This document shows, one piece after another, positions 11,618-22,800 of a stretch of DNA of 64,000 bases. The stretch covers positions 57,228,001-57,292,000 of the forward strand of contig CM052816.1 in NCBI GenBank assembly GCA_028534125.1, read 5' to 3'. The position numbers were made by a program, and so were the translations under genes. The notes under the pieces are model-generated. The model had not been told where the DNA came from and did no database searches. It saw only the letters and a program-made list of their open reading frames with translations. Position 1 is the first letter of the stretch. The number at the start of each line of letters is the position of its first letter. This stretch comes from Lama glama. Taxonomy: Eukaryota.

Positions 11618-11747
11618 CAGGAAATAGTCTAGGGAGAATTTCATCTTGGGGTGCTGATGGTAGAGTTGGTGCTTCTTCCTTGATGTTCTAGGCGGGTTTT
11701 TCTCTTTCCAGTTTATAAGACCAGAGTGATCAATACACTATCAAGGC
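11618..11747. pseudogene. mt tRNA-Pro (~11618-11683, +) and tRNA-Thr (~11684-11747, -) pseudogenes
   Basis: Position between control region and CYTB; GGGTGCTGATGG (Pro), CTGGTCTTATAAACTGGAAA (Thr). Confidence 0.8.
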
Positions 11748-12040
11748 TTCTTTTTAGATTATTTCTGATTAAGATTGTGGGTGGCTTAAGTAAAAGACTA
11801 AGAAAATATAAGATTGATGCTAGTTGGCCAATGATGAGAAATGGGTGTTTAACTGGTTGTCCTCCAACTCATATTAATGTTAGTAGGTCTGCTACTAGTA
11901 GTAGTCAGAATAAGCATTGGCTTAGGGGTCAGAATATTATGCTTTGTTGCTTTGATATATGAACTGTTGGGCTAATTACTAGAATTAGGATAGAAATATT
12001 AGAGCTAATACACCACATAACTTACTGGGATTGATATTGA
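11748..12040 (-). pseudogene. CYTB: mt CYTB 3' fragment (right NUMT edge)
   Basis: Minus strand [47 protein letters not shown]. Confidence 0.93.
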
Positions 12041-13039
12041 GGTGGTAACATCAAGTTTATTGAAATTAAAAAAGCTCTTAATTTTGCCAAAAACTACCCA
12101 GAAGACAACCTTAACCACATCATACTTATACATTTCCTCTGTCCTGCCTCTGGATCATACTTGTTTGAAGATATTAATTTGGGCAGAAAAATCCTGATCC
12201 TTTATCCACTTAGACAAAAGAAATAGGGACATTTAGCTTTGAGACCAAAAGAAAAAAAAAGGAGAGCAGAAACCTACTTCCGTACATTAATAAGCAATAC
12301 AAAACAAATGGTTATATTAGTAGGACCAAGTGGAAGATTAAGGCATTATCAAAATGGGAAGGTCCTTATGTAATGAGACCCTTGTGCATTGTTTATGTCA
12401 ACATAAAGTTCAACTTGCACTCTCTAAAACTATTTTTCAGAATAGAAAGTTTTTATTACAAATATATCTACTGATTAAAAAATGAAATGTGGACATTAAA
12501 CATTCTGTGGAAAGTAAAAATCCCATCACCTAGAAATTACAACTTGGTATGCATTTTTGCAAAGCTTTTGCTTTACATGTTTGCACTTATAATAACAAAG
12601 AAGAATGATTACCTTTTGCCATCTAATAATGTCATGGCAGTATTTCCATATCAATGACCATAGTGATTATGATTTATTTTAAATACCTACATAGTACTTC
12701 ACTGTTTGGGAGTTATCAACTCAATTAACTAATCCTCTCAAATTTTTTCAAATTATAGATGAATCTTTACTTACTTGTCTCATTTTCTTAGGACAAACTC
12801 CCAACAGTGATGAATTACTAGTTTAAGCGATACATAAGATTTTTAAAGGTTCTGGACTCAAACTGCTCTTTAGGAAAGTTATATTGATTCAGTCTTCCTA
12901 AAGATAAAAAAGATATAGAATACTTTCAAGTTCACCCTGCTCATTGCTGGGTTAAAATTGTTAAATAAATCTCTGCACTTATCCCCAATTTCTAAATTGG
13001 TAATATGCTATAAGGAAACATGCATATACTAGTCAGAAA

Positions 13040-14030
13040 TTCTGTGGCTGACCTGTTGGCCATCTCACCTTCAGCCATTCCCAACCCCTTCTCCTTTACT
13101 CACTTTAAAAATAAATGCTATTTGCTTTCTCTGCCTCTTACACAATTCTGGCCAATAGCAAGTAAGCAGAAATGTGCTGGAAAAGCTTCTGGAAAAAGCT
13201 TTTACTCTACTGGCAAAAAGCTCAAACTGCTCCCTTTCCCAGCTTTGGATGTAAACATACAGTATGGTGCTGTGGCAGCCATGTTGTAACCATAAGGAAA
13301 AGATCAAGAGAATCACTTGTTCTGACCAATACCAGGCACAGATAAACTTGCAGACTTTGGTGATATGAAAAAAACTTGTCTGTTTCCATTCTTAGTTTTG
13401 CTTTGTTAGTTGCAGTTAAAAATATTACTGACAGACAAAACATTGCATGCTAAGCAATAATTTCTGAATGATCATAAATGACCATGAGTATCATTTATGA
13501 TTGGAGGAAATATGGAAATTATCAGATATATTTAAAATAGGGGAAAAAACAGGGATAAAATATCTACATACAGGAAGAGATGATGAAACAAAACTTTAGT
13601 ACTGAGAGCCACAGACACCATTAAAAGCACATTTAGGAGAAAGGAATAAAGAAAGTTAACAAAATGGAGAAGGGGTGGGTTCATGGCAGAGGATTACTGT
13701 GTTTATCTAAGCATGTTTTCTTTTCCTCCTAAGCACACAACCACACTATAGTTCCCATCTTTCCTTGTAGTTAGTTGGAAACACACATCAAGTTCTGACT
13801 AATGGAATGTGAACAGAAGTGATGATGCCAATTCTGGGCCTGGCCCATAAACTCCCATTTTCTCTGTTTCCCTGTTCACTGACTAATGGAGATTTTGAGC
13901 AGAATCACAAAAATAGGGGGAGCCTATGTCCCCGAATTACTGTTTGGTGCAGAGCTCTTCCTCTAATCTCCTTAGAACTGTGATGTGAGCAATATACTGT
14001 TTTATAGTAGTAAGCTCCTGAGATCGTATT
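13040..14030. mobile_element. Two old MaLR (MLT1-like) LTR remnants (~13040-13430 and ~13695-14030)
   Basis: Typical MLT1 phrases (TTCTGGCCAAT, GGCAGCCATGTTGTAACCAT, AATGGAATGTGAACAGAAGTG, TGTGATGTGAG); subfamily not resolved. Confidence 0.6.
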
Positions 14031-14504
14031 TAAATGACACAGATTTGGCAAAATTTTCAATATTTTGAAATTGGACGAAAATCTTTTTTCAGTTTCTTTT
14101 TTTGTTCTTTTCTAAATCTGCTGGTTTTCAGGAGGCTTGATGTTCCTGACTAGTTCCTTGGAAGAATATAGCTTTAAAATTGTGTAAGATTTTGTTCCTA
14201 AGCAACTGTCAGGAGGAAAGTCTCCGCTGAAGCTTAACATCAATTTAAACATACTTAGAAACAAAAAATAATCCCTTATTAAACAATTTCTACATTTTGG
14301 GGTTGTACTCCGAATGAAGTTTTCCTATGTGATCAATTAAAGCTAATAAGAGATGAATCCATATGCCTATTTAAATGGTGATACAAAGTTCAAAACCAAT
14401 TATTACTTACCTAGCTTGCCTCGTCCTAATGTCTAAGACATACATATTTTTACTAAGACATAGGTATTATTACTATTAAGGAGAGTAGAAACACATACAA
14501 ACCA

Positions 14505-16873
14505 ACTGATAAATTATATATTACATGTTTATTAAGGGTACAACTTTCATGTAAAATTTACATTTTATGAAAAATCAAAAATATTTACAAAATTTTGTAA
14601 GATTTGCAGTGTTCTAATTACAACTCAAATAGTAAATAACAAATTCTTAAAAATGCACATTTGTTAGAGTTCTTCTGTGTTTTCAAATTCTTGGTTAAAG
14701 AGGCAACTACAAAGTTTATCACTATACATAAGCAAGAACCAGCTTGCTAAATACATTTCCCATTGAAAATCTATTGGTCTTTTTTCACACCATTAGTGGA
14801 TTTTTAAATGAAAAGAAATCAATATAAACTCATATGGCTTTAAAATTGTAACCTGCACCCAAACAAATTTATGTATTAACACTTGGTATGAAGACTGTAG
14901 TAATTAAGAAAGTGCAGAACTTTAACCACTTCACTAATTTGTACATTTTTAGGTAATACTTGATTAAAAGCAAACATGGTGAGTATAATGGTGTCTGAAT
15001 TCCAATAATAAAATATTAACTGCTCAATAAAAGCAGCCTGACTGCAAAGCAGTTACAGTTAAGATTCCAGTAAGGGACTGTAATTGGCATTTAAAAGAGC
15101 ACAATGTAAGTTAGAAATTATAATTTTGCCCACTATTTAGTAAAGATGAACATTTTAGCAAATTGTTTTATGTGCTGCTTTAGTCAAACCTAAATTTAGA
15201 ACTGGGCTAACACTGAATATATTAAAAAGCACATTGTGTTTTATATATATATATATATAAAAATTTTATATATATATATATATAAATTTTTTTGCTAATG
15301 AGTAGATTTTCTGCTGTATTTAGTATAGCAAGATGTTACATAAATGTCTAGTAGTAGGGGTTTTATTTTCTGTAAAGCTTAACAGAACAATTAGTGGTTT
15401 TATATAAATTATCATCTACAACAGTTTATTCTATGCAAAATGCAAAACACTGGTACTTACAAATAAAATCCCCATTTGTAAATTATTAAACTTTGTCCAA
15501 AATAATTCCTTCAATTAATCAGGATTTGCTATAAAGTTAGGTTTTTTTAATATTAAAAATTAGTAGTTTATTTAAGAAATGTTTAACCCAATCCATCATT
15601 TCAATTTCTCTACTTTTAGCATGTAGCAATTAAATAGGAACAAAAAAATACAAATTGGTAATTTTTCCAGTTGTTGAAAATGCCAAAACTAATCTTTTCA
15701 AAAGTGTGTTCCTCTCAAACTACTACAAAATTCGTGCTCACAACACATTCAGTAAATATTTCTAATAATTATCAGACTGAAGGGAAATGTTAAATTGAGA
15801 GTTAAAATACCAGTTACCAATTTACCATTACAGTTTTTCAGAACTTTTTGATCAGGTTAAAGTGGAATATCTGAAGGTAATTTCTTCCCTTGTAAACATA
15901 TGCCATTAGTTAACATTTCTCTAGTGGCTACAGTGTATCACTAAAGAAGTGAGCCAGGGTTCTTAAGTATAAATTATCCTTTAGTTATTCTGAATTCCCT
16001 TCCCAACTGCAGCAAAAGATATTTTTAAAAATTGCAATTATCTTGTAAAAATGTTTGCCCACTCTATGATTCTGAATAGAAGATCCAGACTGTGAGAAAA
16101 AGTGAGGCACATTAATGAACACAAACTGGATAGGCACATTTCTGGGTTTTGTTATTGTTTTAAAAGGCACACATTATGCAACCCATATAAAAATAAATTA
16201 AATCTACAGCATTAATTCATCAAAACAATCACAACTTCTATAAAGTTAACTGCAGAAGTAAATCACTCTGCTGTCTTTGCAAGCTTATTTTAAAACACAT
16301 TGCACTTGAGGATTTAAAAAAAATCATAAAATAACATTTACACTTTATTAATACATTTATGAGAATCAAATTATAAATTTTTGCATACAGCTTGGACTCT
16401 GATCTGATTACTTTATGGCACATAACTCAATTTGATTGAGTGTTCTAAATTAATATTATCCAAAACTTAGAATTCACGTTCTGTTTGTATTCATTCAATA
16501 TCAAACTAAAAACTTATGGAAAGCTAAATTACTTTGTGCTTGCTCTCCTAAAATTTTAGGCCTGATATACTATAACCCCTTTTTCAACATAGACACTGAA
16601 GATAATTTAAATTTAAAATTTCAGCCTATAAAAACTTCATTTTACTGAGAATCTGAATAAATGTGCTTCCTGAATATTGAAGTTGATCATTTACAGCGTT
16701 GAAAAATCATTTCAGTGCTATTTCTTTCAATGACTCACTTCAAAAGTGCAATTTAATGTTTGTAGTCAGCTCTCAAAGACATAATACAAGTTCGAATAGT
16801 GTCTGGAAAGAACAGATAATGCAGAATGGCAGGTTTGTACTACTCCCTCGAGCCAACCACTTTCCAGGGTCCA
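14505..16873 (-). other. FCHO2: FCHO2 3' UTR (approximate end)
   Basis: Follows the stop codon; AT-rich with no recognisable interspersed repeats; AATAAA on the minus strand at 14528-14533. Confidence 0.7.
14528..14533 (-). terminator. Probable distal polyadenylation signal AATAAA of FCHO2
   Basis: TTTATT on plus strand, followed on the minus strand by GT/T-rich sequence. Confidence 0.55.
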
Positions 16874-16896
16874 TCAACAATCCGCCAGGTATCGTC
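16874..16896 (-). CDS. FCHO2: FCHO2 last exon, coding part (G)RYLADC*
   Basis: TTAG acceptor; TGA at 16874-16876. Confidence 0.95.
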
Positions 16897-19800
16897 CTAA
16901 AAAACACCAAGCAGACCTTTGCAATTATAATTTCAAATGAACTCAAAGGAGGACATTTTCACTGTGGTTATAGATACAGAACCCAGCTCCCATCTGCTGT
17001 TTACAATACATTAGAATCAGACCCACAGGTGTTCAGCTATACTGACCATGAGTACTCTTTCTCCCAGGTGTGTGTCTACCTGGCACCTAGTACCAAAGGT
17101 CAAGGAAAAAATTTCCATGTCTTGAGACTATAAACTGCTTGACAGTCATTTAGGAACTGTCAGAATGCAAATGTTTCCCATGTACATTAGAAAGCTTGAA
17201 ATCTCCCAACTTACCAGTGGCAAACCGCTTCTTTACTAAGGAAAGCCTATAGCCAGTGCCTACAAGTTCAATATCTACTCCTGAGAGGGTATTTCCCTCG
17301 CTGAGGAATTGCACTGCAAGTGTGGTGGGTTTACTGGGTCCTTCTGAAAGATCAAATTTTGCTCTGAGGGACCCAGAACCTATAAGGAAAAGAACAAAGA
17401 ACTTACACAGAGTAACATGTATTTCACACCAAAAAAGTCAACTGAACAAGTAAGCTAAACTGTGTCAGTCTTATGCCAAATTCATGAAACATGTACAGTA
17501 AACAAATCATCACCTGGTTTCCAAATAAGTCTTTATTCATTGAATCTGAATTTGCTAAGTCAATAATCTTAATCCATGCTTCTCTTTGACTTAATAGCAA
17601 TCTTCAGAGGTGCTTACTATAGAGATTCCTATGTTATATGCATGCTGGAGTCAAAAAACAAGTAAAGTCTGAGGGCAGCTCAAAAGCAAGCTCTGGAAGG
17701 GATGAGTGGGAAAAAGTCAAAAGGAAATGAGGCTGACTACCATTATCATGGGGCAAAAGAGGGTAAAGAAGGACAGACGGCTAAAGTTGGGAAGAGCTGT
17801 ATCAATATTACCATTTTGTATTCACCTTTCTTTTTAAAACTACCTGGTCTAACATCATGCCACATACTTCTGAGGGGCTTTCTTTCCAATATAACCATTT
17901 ATTCAACATACATCAGTCTAACAGCTTGGCAGAAATAGTAAATCGAAAAATTATGAATGTGATAAATGCCATAAAAACTGTCAGGAGCTATGGGCACAAA
18001 AGCACATAAAATGGTGGTGGGGATGATGGTGTGTATCTCAGACCTAAGAGAGCATGATGCATTTAAAGGGAACTGCATCTAGGAGAGCTGGAGAACAGGA
18101 CACAAGTGGAAGAGAGTGGCAGAAGACACTAAGTGATAGCAAGGAACACGTTCTAAATATCTTTACAAACCATGATAAGAAATAACCATAGGGAGCCACC
18201 AAAGACAAGGAAGACAAAACATTTCAGATTAAGTGTCTTAGAAGGGCAGAGGGGTACAAGATGCAAGGTAGGGAAACCACCTGAAGGTCAATAAAATAGA
18301 TTAGGATTCGAGGTGACAGGAAAAGGGGATCTGAACTAGGCTAAGGGAAAGGAAAGAAGGGAATGAATTTGAGATAGTTAGGAGTTGAAACCAAGGGGTG
18401 AAAAGGAAGAGGAGCCTGGGAGGGTTCACGGGTTTCTGGCTGGGGAAAAGAGACAGAATTGCTGGGTAGTGGGAGTGACAATCTGTAAGTCCCCATACAG
18501 AAGGTGCACACTACAGAGAGAAATCTGAAAGAAAATATAACACTAACCCACCCTACACTGCTGTGCCTGATGGCAGAGGTCAATTGGGAAGATGAACTGT
18601 TGTCTAATTCTTAACCCCTGTCTAAGCCCTCCTTAAACTTTTACGGTTCTTGATAAGCTATTCCACTCTGTGAAAGTTCCATCACAGGCCAAGAGGAGCC
18701 ACTTTTGCAATCCTTAAGCTTTAGAATTATTTCCTGTCCCTCTTCTGTGCATAAAGCCAAAAGAGAAACAGCTTTCTATTTCACAATATTCTAATTTGGA
18801 TATTTCTTTCAAAAAGCTGACTGACTAAATCAGAACCACATTTATAAGATTTTCCCATTTCCTCACACAGACACTCTGATACCTGAATAGCAGAGGGAAA
18901 CTATTAAACTCTCTGGTTAGAAAATTTGTATCTTATTTTTCAAAGAACAAATTCCCTTCTTGGTAAACACTGACAGTAGTATTGTTTCATTAAATAGGGG
19001 GAAATACACCCTTTCTGCCTTGCTAACTGGTTATGAACCCTCAATTCAAGTAGGATTTCTGGTTTACTCTCAGTTTTAACTAGGAGTTTCAGTTTTGTCT
19101 CTCACGGCCATACAGCTAAAGTAAAAGTCAGTACAGTTTGCCACCTTGGAAACAGGCAACCTTTAAGTACCAAATAGCAACAAAGGGACCAGAGATTAAG
19201 CTAAGTTATTTCATCCAAGGTGTGGTTTGCTAATAGTAAAAGTCTGATTCAGCACAGCAGGTATCAATGGGCAATGTAGGTACGTTCCTGGTCCTTTACG
19301 TAGAAATACCTATGAGAAAAACTACTGAGGATACATTGTACATTTTCATCACATTATGCTTAAAATGTTCAGTGGAAAAAAGCTGAGCAAAACTTGAAAA
19401 GCCAAAATAGCTACTTAATTAGAAACATTACTGGAGATTAATTAGGCATTCAGAAGAGGGCAGGAGAAATCTCTTTTGATGAAGAGCAAAATGCGAAGAA
19501 AATGTTACAGACTTGACTGTCCTGGGAATTATATTCTAAATTGAGCTATGGGATAGATATAATGCTAGGAGTGATCAACTTGCAGAGACTTTTTCTTTGC
19601 ATCGTGAACACGAACAGATGCAGACAAGGTAGGAGGAGACAATTAACTTGCTTCTCTTTAAAATAATGATCATAGAACTGAAGGCTGTCGATGGTTAGTT
19701 TTAATAAGGGGAAATGACCAAGGAAAGGTTCTCTTAAGAGAGAATAAGCAAAGTTTTTTTTTTAAAGCCTGGAAGCTTCTGCATAATTTCCAGGAGGCCA

Positions 19801-22800
19801 GGAGGACCCCATTAACAAAATGAGCTAAAGAGTGTGTCAGTTTCAATTAGTTATCAGTTTCAATTATCAGGTTATCTAGACTTTGACTTCTATAAATTTA
19901 CTTAACTAGGTATTTTCTCTTAAAGTTAGCATGTGAACATAAGGAGCATTTATGTAATATTTATAAAGTTAGAGCAAAACATTATTTTTCTCACAGAGAA
20001 AGCATATTCAATCTAGAAGGAAAAAAATGTGTTCTGAATCTCAACTAGTCCACTCTTATTTTAAGGTATTAACTTCCACCTAGTGGTCAATTCTAGAACT
20101 GAAGGCATGAAATTCCAGGAGAAAGTTTTCCATAAATGTTCCTAAAACACCATTTTCAGTGATATCACCTTATAAACAAACATGCACACACTTACCTCCA
20201 TTTTCTGATTTTTCTGAAATACCAGAGAGTTTCCAAAAGGCTTTCATCTGTTCTGCATTCCTGTAAGTACAAATATCTTCAGATAATGTGTCTAGTACCT
20301 CATATATAGATGAGCACTCAATAAATACATCTTAAATATTTCACTAGAACAACTATAGTGCTAAGTGTACTCTGAACAGTATCTTGGTGAAAATGTGATT
20401 ATGAATAATATAAATAAATACTGTATCTTTCTTAATGAATGGATATTTACCAAATTACATAACTTCTCATTTCTACTGGTCACAGAAATGAAAACAACAT
20501 GTAGGTGGCCCAGTACCTTCATTAATCAAGGAAAACACAGTTTTATTATTAAATGGTGAGGTAAATGTAGTGGTTAGAGTCTATACTAATATTTTTTTAA
20601 TTAAAAAATTTATTTATTATACTATTTAATTATTTTTATTTTGGGAAGGGGGAGGTAATTAGGTTTATTTATTTTTAGAGGTGGTACTGGGGATTGAATC
20701 TAGGACCTTGTGCATGTTAAGCATGTGCTCTCTACTTCAGGTATACCCTCCCCCCATACTAATTTTAATAGAGGGAAATATATACAAGATCTTGTGGTAG
20801 CTCACAGTGACAAAAAAATGTATGACAATGAGTATGTGTATGTTTATGTATAACTGAAAAATTGTGCTCTACAGTGGAATTTGACACAACATTGTAAAAT
20901 GACTATTACTCAATAAAGAAAAATATTTTAAAAAAAAAGAGGGAACAAGAGAGGTAGTTAAGTGATGAGGGTAACTAATACCTAATCAGATAGGTTTTCC
21001 TATAGATGTGCTAGATTCTATATTTAACCCTGTATTTTTTAAATGAAAAAAAGGTTTAAAGAAGTTATGTGCTTCGCCTAAGGGTAAAGTTGTATTGAAT
21101 CATTCAAGTCTGGGTGCTGACAGCAAAACTAGTTTTGTTTATTTTGGATTAAGGCTACTTCCTGTAGCTTGGCTAAAAATGAACAAAATGAACAGTACAT
21201 TTTATAACATGGTTTCTCTGGGAAAATGCACTAAAACTTTTCTAATGTATGATACAACTTTCAGAATTTAGGTTTTAAAACTCATGGATTGTAACAGAAA
21301 CTCAGCAGGAATTCAGAAATCTACTTAGTTTACCATATTGCAGGGGGAAGGGACTGCATGTTTGTGACTCCTCCATCCACTGGTACCACCACCTGTATAT
21401 TGGAAAGTACACTTGGTGCCACCATAGCTTCTGGGTTGTACTTATAATCCACTCTAACATCTGTGGTGCCAGCACTACATTTCCAATATGTTGCAAGATT
21501 TAGAGGAGTGGACTGAATACCATTTGATGATACCTTTAAAGAGAGGGAAAAAACAAATAATTGCCTTTGACCCAAAAAGTAAACAAGTCATGTTAATGAC
21601 ACACAGTTGAACAAAAGCTGACACATTCAAAAATAATAATGCGGGAGCTGTCTATTGCTAAGAGTGAAGCAGGCTCATCTCAAAGGCATAAGTGTGACTC
21701 TCAACATGTGGACCCAGGACTATGTACATCAAAATTTCTGTAGTGCTTGTTTGAATTGCACATTCCACTGACTCGAAATGCAGGAAATCTGATTCAACAG
21801 CTAAAGTACAGGACAAAGAAATCAGCATGTTATCAGGTGATTCTTACTTATGCACATAATGTTTGAGAACATTCAACACAGAATTCTAAGATTTTTTAAA
21901 ATGAGAACTTAGATTTAAAACAGTTAGAAAAACTGCATGCAGTACTGCAAGTCTGCAGTTAGAATACTTCCAACCTCAAGTGTTTAATTTTAATCACACA
22001 AACCATAGAAAGTGGTGCAATTCCTTCTGGTTCTACAGTTCCTTGCTCAAATGACTTCAATAAGACCTACTCTGATCATCCTGTTGAAATTTACACTGAA
22101 AACTGCGTTTTCACTCTTCTTACTTTATAGACTTTCCTTTCACCTTATCACAACATACGTTATTTACTTAATAGTTTACTATCTTACTCCCTATCCTACT
22201 CACAGCAATTAGCAAGCACTAAATAGTAAATATTTGTTGAATGAATGATAAATGAATACTTGGAATAAATTTTAGGTCTACCTAAGTGGCAGCACTTTTT
22301 TATTCTTTAAAGTATTTATTTCCTAGAAACATAAGCCTATTAATACAGTTATCCTATTAAAAACTCAAACAATACATAAGTGTATGAAATGGGAAATTTA
22401 TCCTTTGGCATCCTTACTCCCTACATCATGGTACATAAGCTTCTAAACTTCCTAGGCATGCTAACATGGATCTGTCTCATTCTTTTAAATGGCTGCAATA
22501 ATTAATTTAGTCAAGCTCTTTGTGGATGTGTATTAGGTGGTTTCCAAACAATGATACAGTAAATACCTTTCCTACCTTATCTTCCCCCCCCATTTGTGAT
22601 TTCTGAAGAACAGATTTCTGTAAGTGGAACTGTTGAATTAAAAGTTACATCTGCTCAACAATCTAATAGCATTTACCTTCTAAGAGGTTGTATTAATTTG
22701 TACTCTCATTAACAACTGGTGATATCTCTCTTAATAGAACAATCTTTCTCATTTTTGTCAGTCTGATGTGGGCTAAAACTGGTATCTCATTGTCGTCTTA

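Larger units (their letters stand above)
367..12040 (-). pseudogene. Large degenerate NUMT (about 9 kb of mtDNA-derived sequence plus later insertions)
   Basis: Colinear vertebrate mitochondrial gene order read on the minus strand; all ORFs broken by stops and indels; flanked by non-mitochondrial sequence. Confidence 0.97.

Noticed and set aside
367..12040. Real mitochondrial genome or contamination
   Set aside because: All genes carry stops and frameshifts, nuclear L1s with TSDs are inserted, and the flanks are nuclear
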